DNA of 59,277 nucleotides, counting the filler, from Bipalium vagum (taxonomy: Eukaryota): the NCBI GenBank assembly GCA_037834085.1. It is 3 parts of 3 records of this genome, joined end to end, with 100 filler letters (N's around TTAATTAATTAA, not from the genome) between each part and the next. Parts side by side here need not be neighbours in the genome. Positions count along the whole stretch, not along the records: positions 1 to 18,457 come from JBBMKC010023028.1; positions 18,558 to 36,150 come from JBBMKC010060147.1; 1 more part is not named here. The stretch is one strand, 5' to 3'. Under the pieces are notes generated by a model. That model saw only the letters and a list, made by a program, of their open reading frames with translations, was not told the origin of the DNA and did no database searches. This document shows, in pieces, positions 11,696-24,849 of the stretch (position 1 is the first letter of the stretch; each line of letters opens with the position of its first letter). The translations under genes were made by a program, and so were the position numbers.

Positions 11696-14600
11696 GTAAT
11701 AATAATAATAATGTATTATTATTTAAAAGATTCTCATATGTACAAAAAGAATAATAGATAATGGGAAGTAGAAGAATAAGTAGAAGAATAAGTAGAAGAA
11801 TGTTAAGAATTGAGAAAAATAACAAAAATCAAAACTGTTACCCATAAATCTGAGTCGACGATAATCTTCGATATTTTTAACACAGTTCTGTCCAGCTGCA
11901 TCAATTCATTCATATTTTGGTCGATCTTTTCAGTCAGTTCATGGTGCAGCAGAGTCACATTATGATTATTAAAACTCGATAGGGGGCGAATCTTGTTTTT
12001 CCAATACATTTGTTGTTCTTTGACTACATCAAATTTGTCGATGAAAGAGTCTGACAAGATAGCAATGTTTTTCAATTCATTTTTCAAGAAAAGAATCTGA
12101 TTTATGACTTCTGAAACTTCTCTTCTAACTTCAGGGGAATCGATGACAATCTGTGAAGTTTGAAACAGTTTACATATTCGTAAAATAATTTATCTGAAGT
12201 AAACTTAATGTCAATAAAGTTTCAATATAAAATCTCCAGAAATGTCAATGGACTCACCGGAAACAAATTACAATTCCACAATGCTTTGGCAAGCAGTCAG
12301 ACGTTTATATTTTTAACGATGATATTGAGTATTCAAAAGCAATCACTTAAATAAAAGGAGTTTGAAGATATTCGAAGAAGTACCTTCGAAATCAATCTCC
12401 AACATAAATAACAGATTTTTCAACAAAAATTATTTAACTTTAACAATTTGACGAATGAATTAAAAGCTAAAAGTAAACATTAAGCAATAATATTAGTTTT
12501 TCTTTTATTTCTTTTATTCATTATTGTATGATTATCAAAATGAAATAATTTTTCAGCAAAATTAGAAGATTATGAATTTTTATAAAAAATAACAAGATCA
12601 TGGAAATCTTTTTCTGTCTGAAGATAAATTTAATTGATTTTATAATGAAACTTAAATTAACCAATAAAGGCATTAACAATTTCATTAAAAGAAAAAATAA
12701 ATGTCTAAGGGTCAGCCATATATGACAACAGTCATAATTGTAAGTTTTCATCTTAATTTGATCCCACAGCCAATCTAAAAATCAGTGGGGTCAAGAACCG
12801 ACTGATTTTTATTTATTTTACATTTGATTTAGGTGAATTTATAAAAGTTCTGTGAAATTGTGGCTTAAAAGCCAAGCTAAAGAGATGTACGAAACCAATT
12901 TCAGAGTAATAAAATATTACACAAATCAAGTAGTTAAACCTTCATACCTTATCAGACATCATTAGTTGATATCTTAAAATATCTTATATCTGTATATAAT
13001 ACAAAAATTATACCATTAAATTAAATAATTAAATTTCACAATATATTTTATGAAACATTGAAATAAATAATAAAGAGGTTATGATTACTTTTAATGAGTT
13101 TTTTAAAATCGGAATGTTTAAAAACTGAAATGAAAAACATTATTATATTAAATTTTTGATATTTTTCAAACCAAAAATGTTTATGAAATTATTACACCAT
13201 GATAAAACAAATATATTTTTCAAATAATAATAAAAGTTATAATAACATAAAAATAAACTCAAACTATCCATTTAATCATACAGGGTGCTTCATAAATATT
13301 ATTGATTATTATTTGCTTTAAACGCCTATACATATTTATGAAACACCTTGTATTTGCTAAACCTGTAATATGTACCCATTTAAGAGAACAAAATATAAAT
13401 ATAAATATATATAAAAAGTTAAAGATGGTGACATTCATGAAATTACATGGTCAAAATAAGACATATAAAACCAATTTCTGAATGTCTCGGAATATTTCTT
13501 TAAAAAGATTCGAAAGATTTTCTATAAACTCTTGATAATTTTATTGCAACAGAATAATTGTGATTTTCTCATTTCCGTCTTAATTCCTCATAATAAACAG
13601 AAAGAACAGGGTCCGGAATATTTCTTTAAAAAGATTCGAAAGATTTTCTATAAACTCTTGATAATTTTATTGCAACAGAATAATTGTGATTTTCTCATTT
13701 CCGTCTTAATTCCTCATAATAAACAGAAAGAACAGGGTCCTCCCTAAAAAAACCTAAAAAAAATTTAAATCTAATGATCTTTAAATAATTTTCACTCAAC
13801 CAGTATTAAGTGAAAAATAATAATAATTATTTTTTGCAGAGAATAATAATTAATGCATTAGCCATAATTAACGTATTGTTTTTCCAATACTGACGATATT
13901 TTTACTTTAAAAGACCAGATATTGTGTCTAATAATAATTTAACTATACTTTCATGTAATATTAGAAAAAAATCTAAAGACTTATAAAAATTAAACATACA
14001 TTTTGCATGTTTATGATCCACAGTTCTAATATTTTTGTTAGATCTTTCCACTGATCTACTATATTATTAATCGTAGTAGACAATACTCCTTCCCGAGCTA
14101 TCACTACATTGTTGAAAATTTGATATCTATTCGTATAGTCCTTTAAAAACAGATCCAACGATTCAAGCTCTAGCTTGATACGACTGAGTTCTCCATTAGA
14201 AAGTTTTGACATATTTATGAAGTCAGATTTTGGCTGCACAATTAACAGTGAATCTTTGATCCACTGTTCTAGAGACAGTATATGATCATTGATTAAATCA
14301 GATTTCGCAGAAATTTCTGAAATTCCATAACTGTTGGTATCTTCAAGCGACTGCTTATTTGAATCAAATTTTGACTGAAAATTCTTATCTCTTTCAACAC
14401 AACGAGCGTACGCATTATTCCATCTATATTCGATTTCTGAATTTAATCGGTCAATAAGCTAAAATTATTGAATATAAAATCACCCCGGACAGCTTCATGA
14501 GAATAATTTTTCAAATCAGGGATATTATTCTCTGCCATTAAATGTTCTAATTCTGCTTGCAAGCCCTTAATGAGATCGATCTTATATCGACTGGCAATGA

Positions 14601-17600
14601 TTACATCGGTCTAGAAATTATTCAATATAAAAAAATTCGAAGAGGAAAATTTTCTATTACAAAAGAATTAAAAACTTTCGTATTATCTCCTATCGCTTCA
14701 AAAACAACGGACTTGATGTCCGTTGCCACCGATTTCAACAGATCATTAGTCCAGTCCAAGTACTGATTGACACCGTCAATATTTAAGTTTAATTCTTCGA
14801 CTAAGGCATTGGCAGTTCTATTAAATAATTTCGATGGAGAGTGTGATTTGAGAGGCGATTCTCTTTGTGCAGTCTGAATCGAAGACAATAGAAAATAGAA
14901 AAATCATTTTATAAAATTAACTATATTAGAATTTTTTGAAAGTGAGTTTTATTATTATTAAAATTAATACATTACAATTTTTCAAAAACAAGAGGGTTTC
15001 TGTATTTCATCTTTTACCTTATTCAACACCACAAAAACAATTATGATAAAAATGGAACTATGATAGTTACAAGTTATTTCTACTATAGGAGTGAAATTTT
15101 TACACAGGCTGAGGTAGGTTGACATTTCACCTAGAGTGAATAGTCAATAGGAAAAATTGATTCCTTTCTCATGTCCTGTATTATTAGAAAACCACTTTTG
15201 ACGAATCTTGCTGCAATATATTCTTTAATATGTGACAGGGATCTTCAACAAACTGCAATTCTCATTTATCTTTTAAGTCTGCGTCAATTGCGTACTCTGC
15301 ACACTCAGCCTGAATAATACGTTTTGACGAAACTGCATGGTTTAAAGAAATATCTCGAAGTTCTTGGTAAATATTTGGTTCGCGATGATCTCCTCCTTTA
15401 TTCTCTTTGCAATAATGCCATCTTCAAATTTCTGAACAATATTTTTGATGACCAAAAAGTTTTCCGCATAGTATTTTGCAGCATTGATCCAACTAGCCCA
15501 TCTTGTGAAAATTGGTTTTCGTGTTTCAGATGGGTCTTGTTTCCTTAGCATTATTTTTAGCATTAGCTAAAATAATGCTATAGAAACAAGGCCAGTCTGA
15601 AATAAGAATCGCTCTAGACAATGATTTTTAAAAATGTTAAGCGTTTCACGATATCTGCAATAACAACACTTGGTGTAATCAATTGATTATATATCGAGAT
15701 CAGTGATGTCCTTTTTAAGGTAACGTAGCTTTATGAATACTCACATAATTAAAAATGTATACTGTGAAATATTCGGGTCCAAAGATGATATTTGATATCA
15801 TTTAGACTGATTTTCTTAAATAAAATGAAGATTAATTTTTTTGAAGTTCTCAATAATTTATTTAGCAGTTTTAATATGTAAATTTCTAAATTTTAATGAT
15901 AAACCCATTAAACTAATAAGAATTTCTCTAAAAATTGACATTATTCTTAATATTTTAAAGTTACCTAGCGTACTTGATGATTTGTTAAAATCAGAATATC
16001 TTAACAAAAGTACCAAAATTACAGATACGAAAATATAATAATATACATAATTATTATATAGTAATATTGAAATAGAAAAATTACCTCGAGTTTTGTTAGA
16101 GGCAAAGTATTGATTTGGAAATCTGTTTCAATGCGGGAACTTTTGGTAGAAAAAAATAATAAAAAGATAAAAAAATGATTTTACAACCTTTTCGTTGTCG
16201 AACGAATGTTCTCCCTCAGTCTTGCAGACAAGTCGAGAATAACCTTTTCACTTTGCTTAACTTTATCGACAATATTCGCATACTTTGACGAGTCTGAATT
16301 GGTTTCATTCCACAAAGATTGGGTTTCAAATTCAATATCTTGGAGAAATTTCAATTGGTCGTATAAAAGCTCTTTGATTTCCTTTAAAATAATTTTAAAA
16401 AATTTAATCCTCCATTTCTCAAGTCAAAACTTACAAATAGTTCTTGTTTTCTAATATTGGAGTTGTTAAGCTGACACATGTTTACTAAAGAGACCTGTTC
16501 ATCAACTTCGTGTATCCAGGATTTGATAGCCTGACAACAACTTTTCAAATGCATCTTTATATTTAGTAGATTTGTCATTTGGGTAATTAAAACGGTGCTC
16601 TCCTCTCGAATATTTTCATATTTATTTTTGAGATTCTTCACTTGTTTTTCAATCTGGCCATTATTGTCCAGTTGATCTTGCTCACTCATATTTTCAAACT
16701 GATCTACAAGATTGTAGAGTTCCAACTCATACTCATCAATGTCAGCTTTTAATGTCTAAAGCAAGAATAATGAGCATATTAAAAATTTTTAAAGAAGAAA
16801 GTACCTGAAGGTTATCAAGAGATTTCTCTGGATTTTTATCAATATCCCTCACGATATCGTTTAATCGTTCATCAATCTGCTTGAGAAACTCTTCCATATT
16901 AGAAATTTTGGTTTTCATATCTTGCCAAGCCAAGATTATATTGTTAAGCCTGGAAATGAAAAACTAACAACTACAACCTTCATAATGAAACAATTTTAAT
17001 CGTTTGACCTCTAAACCGAAGAATATTATAAATATTTAGTATAATTTCTTTCAGAAATATAAAATCATACAATTCTACTTGAAAATTTCCATCCATTATT
17101 ATTATAGGGAAATATTATTAATATTAGTTCATTGATTTATTTAAATATAATTCAAAAAATCAATCAAAATATAATCTTATTTATTATATTTAAAATTATA
17201 CCTTTTTATTTTTAAATTCGCTCGATCGTTAATATTTTTCCATCGTTTCTTCAGTTTTTTATGTGTTTTGGAAATTCCATCTTTCTCATTGTAGCTGGGA
17301 CAAGCGTCTGCATTATGCACGAGCAAATTGCACAATAAAAGAAGCGATTCAACATCTCCACTGCGATCTTCTATATGTTTGCATTGGTTCTGAAAAAGTG
17401 ACGACCAATATCCCAGTTTCTTCAATGCAGCAGATTTTATTGAAACTTACTTTGATATGTTCTAATTGTTGGATTGGAATATCAACTTGAAATTCCTGTA
17501 GCTCTACTGCAGAACTCAGATTATTTTTCATTTCTAGCATCCAGTGTTTCAATTTAGCACTTTTTTCTTCGAAACTTCCAATGGAATCAAAAATGTCCTT

Positions 17601-17823
17601 CAGTTTTTGCAATCTTGACAAAAGTAAACAAACCAATTCTCATTATGAAAACATACTTATTTTTAGCCAATGAATTGGCATAGGTCCACAGATCTTCAAA
17701 CTTTTGAAATCGATAATTGATATCTTTGATTCGATTGTCCCCACATCTTTGTTGAATATCAATGCCTCGGGATTTTAGGTTTTTAAAGTTAAGTTGAAAT
17801 TGCTCAATTTGTGGAATTATTTC
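8993..17823 (-). CDS. SYNE1: Nesprin / SYNE-like spectrin-repeat outer nuclear membrane protein, 3' portion only, ending in TM + KASH-like tail
   Basis: Manually spliced in-frame exons: 17823-17657, 17613-17451, 17389-17202, 16949-16805, 16755-16435, 16381-16188, 16139-16085, 14873-14661, 14610-14484, 14436-14000, 12150-11842, 9460-8993. All are GT-AG; the last acceptor and possible extra exons in 9.5-11.8 kb are uncertain. HIEDRSGDVESLLLLCNLLVHNADACPSYNEKDGISKTHKKLKKRWKNI resembles a C-terminal spectrin repeat of nesprin-1 (recalled: DIEKHSTGVASVLNLCEVLLHDCDACATDAECDSIQQATRNLDRRWRNI). The C-terminus has a TM helix, then a 29-aa tail ending PKPPAI*. Upstream exons were not resolved; an assembly spacer lies at 18458. 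Confidence 0.85.
11641..11712. repeat. (AAT)n microsatellite in nesprin intron
   Basis: Directly visible; a 3x AAGTAGAAGAAT repeat follows at about 11766-11801. Confidence 0.95.
13281..13350. mobile_element. 70-bp Tc1/mariner-type MITE
   Basis: TA|CAGGGTGCTTCATAAATAT ... ATATTTATGAAACACCTTG|TA; TIRs match at 17 of 19 positions; TA target-site duplication (TSD). Confidence 0.85.
13488..13739. repeat. Tandem duplication of a 126-bp unit (13488..13613, 13614..13739)
   Basis: The two copies are identical by eye; this produces the repeated peptide in ORF 13532..13747. Confidence 0.95.
15190..15720 (-). mobile_element. Degenerate hAT-like transposase fragment in nesprin intron
   Basis: PIFTRWASWINAAKYYAENFLVIK resembles the TRW motif region. 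A decayed VERSxS-like dimerisation motif lies near 15230-15260. Confidence 0.6.
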
Positions 17824-18457
17824 CTGAAACCAAGAAAAAAGGGCATGACAAACAAATGTATCCCAACAATTAATCAACTACTTCAAAGGTTTTTCATACT
17901 TTTGTTATATCATATCAAAAAGTATAATCTGATTAAGTTGATACAGCTCAAACTCAGCAGCTTATCTTTAGCAAAGAACGAAAGAGAAATTACCACTGAT
18001 ACGATTTAAAGTGATTGGTGTTGTTGTTCGAAACAATTGTAAATTTTTTGTCAATCAGAACGAATTTGATATAATTGTTCAAAATTTTTTTTATATGAAA
18101 TGAATATTTGTATGCCAGGTCATCAAAAAAGTTTCCGGAGTATGTTAATGAACAATGAGTATGAACAATAAATAATAAATCAGAGGTAACTTTTTTGAAA
18201 TTACAAATTGCAATCACTGTAAGGATGTTATATTAAATTAGAATCTATTAATAACACAACAAATATTTATTACTAACACATCTGGCATGTTATATATATA
18301 CATATATATATTAATCAATGACATTATGAATCACCACTATACTTTTAGTTTTTGTTTGAAAATGTCATGAAAAAGTCTCGATATATTAGGTTGTCCCATA
18401 TGAAATGTCCGATTACGTAATATACAATAAAAGCAATAAAAGTCCAATAAATTCAAA

Positions 18458-18557
18458 NNNNNNNNNNNNNNNNNNNNNNNNNNNNNNNNNNNNNNNNNNN
18501 NTTAATTAATTAANNNNNNNNNNNNNNNNNNNNNNNNNNNNNNNNNNNNNNNNNNNN
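18458..18557. other. Artificial 100-bp assembly spacer (N44-TTAATTAATTAA-N44)
   Basis: Exact symmetric composition with a stop-in-six-frames linker; the same structure occurs at 36151..36250. Confidence 0.97.
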
Positions 18558-18600
<43 letters not shown>

Positions 18601-19880
18601 CTATAAATTTACAAAATGCTGCTACTTCTTGTCATTCAATTTTTGCTTTAAAAAAATTCATAAAAAATTATTTTCTCATACCAGAAAATTTCTCCGGGGA
18701 TTTTATGAGTAATTTCACTAATAATTAAAATGAAAAATTCTGCAATTTTTTTAATTTATCGGATTAACTGTTACATTTTTTCGCAAATATTTTACGAAAT
18801 GAATTCAATAATGTGTATGTGAACACAATGATATTTTATTTCCTTTTTATACATTTATGTTAAAAGTAACTAAAAACTCAATAAATATTACATTAAATAT
18901 GTATAAAATTATTGGTCCTCTGAAATTAATTTCAGAACGAAATAAGTCTTAATTAATTTTTTTATATTGTATATTTTATATTAATATTTTTATATTTTAT
19001 GTTTTCTACCAAATATTAACAATTTATAAATAATCTGCGAATAAAATCTCAATAGTTAGTCTTCATATATTTGAACTTTACCAAACTATACTTTATTATG
19101 TTTTATTTATATTTTATTGTTTATAAAGATATCACGTGATCCTTTTTATAAAATAGGGTCATTTAAAAAACAATGAGATCAACATTTTCTTAAACTTTGT
19201 TCTAACAAGATTAATTCACTGTAGTAAAAATTTTTTTTAATTAATATATTAATTAATTAATTTTTTTAATTTAAAAAAAATAATATTGTGTATGAAACAA
19301 ATAAAATAAAAAAAAATAACGATATAACCTTTCCCTTTCCTCTCTTACTAATAAAGAAAGCTGAAAACATGAAAATAAATGTTATTATTTTTTCTGTTTT
19401 ATTCAAAGTTAAAATGAGATTTAATTTGATAAAAAATTTTAAGATAAAAATAATTTCGAGAATATTTTTCAGATGAATCTTCATTTGAAATGATAAATTT
19501 TCTCTTTCGACATTAACATCAGTAATTAAGTTTCACAGATCCTTATAATTATTCATATTCTCCTTTTGATGACTGTTGTTATAATCGGCCAGAAATCATC
19601 TCTTATAAAATCTTCATTTAAAAATCCGTTTCGCTTGAGGAAAGTGAATATTAAAATAAATGGAAGCATTAAACTATTATCGAGGAGTGACGTGGAAAAT
19701 AATTAAAATTTTAAATATTATTTGATTAAAAAAAATAAAAAATGGCTGATATCTTTCTATTGGATAGTTGCATTAATTCCGCTGTTTGTTTTAATTAACT
19801 AATTTATTAAATATTTCAGAGATAATTTAAATCAGTTGGTAAGATTTCATAAGTATTAATATTCTACGGTTAAAACAATG

Positions 19881-20345
19881 GTATATTATTTAGTTAAGTT
19901 ATACAGGAAACGAAAACCGATAGATTTACTATGACCAATTTTATTCTAAGGTCAGCAAATTTTTCGGGAGATATTGGTGTTTGCTTTCATGTCAAACTAA
20001 ATGCTGCAGAAAGTCAGGATGAATCAGATGATATCAGAATCTTATGGTAGCCACGCTGTCTGAAACATGCAGTCGAGATTGGTTTCGGCAATTCAAATGA
20101 GTGACTTTGATTTGCAGGATAAACAACATCCAGGTCAACCAAACCTATTGATCACTTGGAGTAGATTCTATTCTTAACGAAAGTTGTGTTCCATCTGAAA
20201 TGTGCACATTTCGAAGGTCGAAATTTCTTGTGAAGCCAAGGTCAGATTTCAACAGCTCGGTCTATTAGCTTCTGCATGAAATGATAATTTGTGCTTACAA
20301 GAACGAGGTCAAATGAGATCGCATTATTTTATATCAGAATAGCAT
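19881..20345 (+). mobile_element. Degenerate Mos1-like mariner fragment
   Basis: ATG at 19931. Frameshifted MTNFIL..REILVF.FHVKLNAAES...SESYGSH...CRDWFRQFK.SDFDLQDKQHPGQP resembles the Mos1 N-terminus. Confidence 0.7.
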
Positions 20346-20919
20346 ATATTACTTAGACCCGAAGCAGTATTTTAACACCCTTCGTCTATAAATGGATTTC
20401 ATCAGATGAGAGAGGATAGGAGTCAAGATAAAGACTAAGATTTCCTATATCATTATTAGGCTAGTTAATAGAAGATGTAGAAATTGACTTCTTGTTATAA
20501 TAATTTTGTATACGATCTACGGGTGGAGTGAAATCAGCTACCGTTTTGTCAATTATAACTTAAGAATCAGTTGCAGATCTGTAATAAAAAAATTTTCGAA
20601 GGCTATAATCTGTTAGTGGTCTTTTCATTGATGATTGTTCTAAGAACAACGAATTGTCCTTTAGTATCTCATGAATAATTTTTAAAATATTTTCCTGAGC
20701 GTCATTGCTTGAAGATCTTAACTGCTTAATGTCATCTAGGAGTTTTCTAACGAGCTGTATTCTATAAACAACGGTGATTTTTATATATTCAAATGAACGC
20801 ATTGGTTTTAATTTATTATATTTTCTCCGCCTGTTATGAACTGTACCGTGCTTACTTAAATTTTATTTATGTTGATTACTGTTAATGATTCTCTGTTGAT
20901 AATTGAGTATATATACATA

Positions 20920-21585
20920 TTAGGGTTTTCAAGAACTTATTCACTATTAAATTTTAAAACGACAGTATTCCAACAAATTATCGTAATTTTTGTTTAATTA
21001 TATCATATTACGGCGCGCAATTTGTATTTCTAAATGATACAATATTTAATTAATAATTTTTAATGATTAACATAAACTTATATGTTTAGATGTCTATTGT
21101 CAAAATTGAAGTTCGTGCTTGTGTGTTTTATGACTAAGCGCGGTTGCAGTGTTGTAGAAAATATTCGTAGGATAGAAGAAGTCTTTGGTAAAGGGTTCTT
21201 ACGTATTTACGAAAAAATGGTTCCAACAATTTCTAAATATCAAAATGAGCCTTGAAGATGAAACACTGTCTGGCTGATATTTATGATGTTATTCTAAAAT
21301 CAATTCATTCCAATCCAAGGTTGACATTAGATAAGCTATCTTAAAACCTCAGCTGTTTCTTATCAATCATTTGGAATCATAAAAAACGATCAAAATTTAA
21401 CTAAAAATTGTGCCTCACAATTTAAGACAATCTCAACAAAAACATCAGTTAAACATTTGCTCTTCTTTGTTAGTGCGCATTTGACCGAATAAGTACGGTA
21501 GACGAGAAGTGGGTCTTGTATAATAATTCTAAATGTTCGTCTTTATGGGTACAACCTGGTCAAATCTCTGGTCGCTTTCCTATAT
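20920..21585 (+). mobile_element. Degenerate mariner 5' half
   Basis: TIR-like TTAGGGTTTTCAAGAACTTATTCAC near 20920. ATG at 21090 starts MSIVKIEVRACVFYD; later motifs KWFQQF, VPHNL and TVDEKWVLYNN. Confidence 0.7.
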
Positions 21586-21754
21586 AATAGAAGTTCAGCA
21601 GTATTTTTATTTCTCTTGAGAATTTCATTAATTGGATTGCATTTTCTAAAACTTTCCTTCATCTTATTAAGCCGTGGTAGTCGGGAATATGCAATAAATA
21701 ATTTTTTCTTGTGTTAAAATCTAGTTTTTCCCTCTATCTTATTAACTGTCTTTT

Positions 21755-22050
21755 ATCAGGTTATCACAAATGAAATGTCCAAGTTTGGAAATCGTTTTTT
21801 AAATGAATATAAGCCAAGTAATTATTATCATACAAAATTTATTTATATCAATTTGAAATTTGAAATCTGAATAATCATTAGATAATATTTGTTTTAATAT
21901 AAGAATGAAAGGAATTGAAAATAAAAAATACGGAATTGTGGACTATATTTATATATGAATGAAAATTGAAGCATAATGAAACAGAAGCTGCCATAAACAT
22001 TAATTTCGCATTTGGAGAGTTCAGCTAATGAAGGAACGATTCATGGTATT
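21755..22050 (+). mobile_element. Mariner 5' fragment (Hsmar1/cecropia-like)
   Basis: TIR-like TCAGGTTATCACAAATGAAATGTCC, similar to TTAGGTTGTCCCATATGAAATGTCC at about 18386. Remnant KLKHNETEAAININFAFGE..ANEGTI. Confidence 0.6.
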
Positions 22051-22998
22051 TAAATTTGGTCCTGTTCAGATTTTCAGGTTGAAAACTACCTGAATTTTAA
22101 TTATTTAAGCAACGCATTTTTTAAAATTTAAGGGAGCGGCAGATGAAATGTCGTTGCAATATATTTGAGTTGAAGCATTCGTTTGTCTGGTCATTTCCAT
22201 TGCAAACGATATTAGGGTACTCATTCATCATTGTGGAATTATAATTACATTATTTTCATTTGTAGTATTTACATTAACCTTTGTTTGAACGAATGTTATT
22301 GGTATTTATTTCATTGTTATTATGATAGAAAAAATTATTATTAAGACAAAAATTTAAAAACTATTTTATTCGCAATTCAAACATATATTGATCATTTGGA
22401 ACAGTACAAATTTCAAAAGTTTTCCAAGTTCTCGATTTGATGAATTAAAATTCTCATTTGAAAGTGAAATACCATCCTCGAAGAAAGTTGCGGTCTGAAA
22501 TTCACGTTACATTTAATTTTCTTTTGAAACATATATTAGGCAATCAATTCCACTCTTAAGGGTGTTAGTCGTTCTTGCGTAATCATAAAAACACGCATAT
22601 ATATCTGCATTGTAAAACATGTTCAGATGATTGCTGGTGATTACGTGAAAGTTTTGCAATCTATTACGTCTAACGTTGTTTTGTGGGGACTTATGTTTGC
22701 CGTGATTTATTATTACTAATGATAGAAATTATTTGGTTTCTATTTGGCTAGGTAAGTCATTAGACTTTGATCGGAAAGGAATTGCAGTTAAACTAATTCC
22801 ACGTTTTTAGAGATCCAGGTTGAGAATAAAATTGAAAACATCAACATTACAATTATTTTTATCATAATTGAAAGTATGAGGCTTTGAATAGATTTAATTT
22901 TAAAGAAATTTAATTCTTTAATTTAATAATTACGTAGTTATAAAGTAAATTATAAATTATTATTTTAAGTTTATTAAATTTAAACTACATGATTAATA

Positions 22999-23277
22999 TT
23001 AGGGATATGCATAAGTTCACATCTTTTTAAGACGTATAATTTTTATTATTATTTTTAATATTACAAATAAGAGAATACATTCAATGAGAATATTTCCCGT
23101 TATTATTTAAAACCTTTCTCACTTTTCAGGTAAAAGATGGATACTCCGAATAATGGTATAAATATAATCAATATTGACTAAACAAAATATAAATTTTTAG
23201 ATGTTACATTATTATTATTATTGATATTAATTTAAATTCCACATACATCAACAGTATGAACTTATGCATACCCCTAA
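22999..23277 (-). mobile_element. 279-bp mariner-derived MITE (internal deletion derivative)
   Basis: TIRs TTAGGG(A/G)TATGCATAAGTTCA with TA flanks. It retains the transposase C-terminal remnant IHLLPEK*EKVLNNNGKY on the minus strand. Confidence 0.9.
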
Positions 23278-24849
23278 TAAAATATATTAGTTATCATATT
23301 TATTGTTATTTTTCGTAAATAAATTTGCTTTTCTGAAATAANNNNNNNNNNNNNNNNNNNNNNNNNNNNNNNNNNNNNNNNNNNNNNNNNNNNNNNNNNN
23401 NNNNNNNNNNNNNNNNNNNNNNNNNNNNNNNNNNNNNNNNNNNNNNNNNNNNNNNNNNNNNNNNNNNNNNNNNNNNNNNNNNNNNNNNNNNNNNNNNNNN
23501 NNNNNNNNNNNNNNNNNNNNNNNNNNNAATAATGTTTATAGTATGAAGTTATTTAAACTTAAACATTTAAAATTGAAATATGTTTAATAAAAAATTTTTA
23601 AATGTTGAAATATGTATTTTTAAAATTTTTTAATATAATAAAAAGTTCAAATTATGCTTTATTGAAAAAAAGATTAATTATATTTCTTTTTGAATTTTTC
23701 AAATATTTTTTTATTTAAATATTGTAAGAGAACAATTGAATTTCAATTTCATTCAATTATTCACTTCAGAAAATAACATGAAAGTTTATGAAATATTTTA
23801 TTTAAACATTTCATAAGAGTAAAAAGAGTACATCAGTTTATAATTCCAAATTATAAGCCTTAATTATAAGCAGCACAGTCTTTTACCAACTTTGAAGTCC
23901 TTCAATCTTTTAAACGCAATTATATATTTTGGAGTACAAGTGTCGTAAAATGGTATTTATAATTTAATAAAATTCAGTGATATATAAACTGAAAACTATT
24001 AATTTATTATTTATTTTTTTGGATTGGCAAATAAGTCCATTCAGTTTTTAAGAATTAAAATAAATTGTTAATTATAGTTTTAAAAATTAGTTTTACAGAA
24101 AAATATTCAAAATATATATAATTCTTTTCAGAAATATATAGAAAAAATATTCGACTGTTTCTATTTGAATTTGATCGCATTTTAGTCGGCCAAAAACATC
24201 AGCTGCATGGTTGCTATTAAAATGATAGGTTTCATTGTTTCGTCATCTGTTTATTTTTTAAATCAAATTTAGAGCCATTTTATGCTTCGAAATCAAAGAC
24301 GGATCTTTCGATAGGGACTGTTTTATGGTCTTTATTAGTGACAAGCTATACAATCATTTCGATAGAAATTCTGGGGATGTATTGCTGATGGACAATTGAA
24401 GGTTCCATCACCGCAAAGATTATTAAATTGGTCACAGATTTCTACCATACTCGCCTCAACTACAAGTCGTAAATATCATCCTTTATGAGAACCATTATAG
24501 ATCAGGACAATTTATATGAATTAATTACCCAAGTACTCATGCATGACAATATCGATTTAAGTGATTATTTCGCAACATGAGGTGGTTTATAAAAAAAGCC
24601 TTGGCAAGACAAGAATCTATTTAGAATAAATTTCCACTATATATTTTGAATATTTTTATATACACCTCTGCATAACCCTGTAAAAACAAATTAGAAAAAT
24701 AGGTCTATTTATGTCTCAGAATATATTTTTGTTTAAATAATATATTTTTATCCAATATTTAAATAAATTAGAGTTATTTTGGATTATTGTAGTTAAAATT
24801 AAAGAGAAATTTTAGAAGGAATAAAATATTTACTAAATAAAATATTGTC

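Noticed and set aside
11625-11825. Poly-Leu ORFs (also 38826..39026) and other short I/F/L/K-rich ORFs
   Set aside because: Translations of (AAT)n microsatellites or AT-rich noise.
13532-13747. ORF with an internal peptide repeat; CRISPR-like or repeat protein?
   Set aside because: Only a two-unit tandem duplication in an intron, with no spacers. There is no CRISPR array anywhere in this eukaryotic window.
18502-18513. TTAATTAATTAA palindrome inside N runs (also 36195-36206)
   Set aside because: Artificial six-frame-stop spacer. It is not biological, and adjacency across it is not guaranteed.
20375-20405. CTGATGA...GAAG on the minus strand, possible hammerhead
   Set aside because: Lacks GAAA and any supporting helices.
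20560-20802. 80-aa helical-looking ORF (-), possible upstream nesprin exon
   Set aside because: No recognisable homology, no convincing donor before its stop, and it lies among TE debris beyond an assembly spacer.
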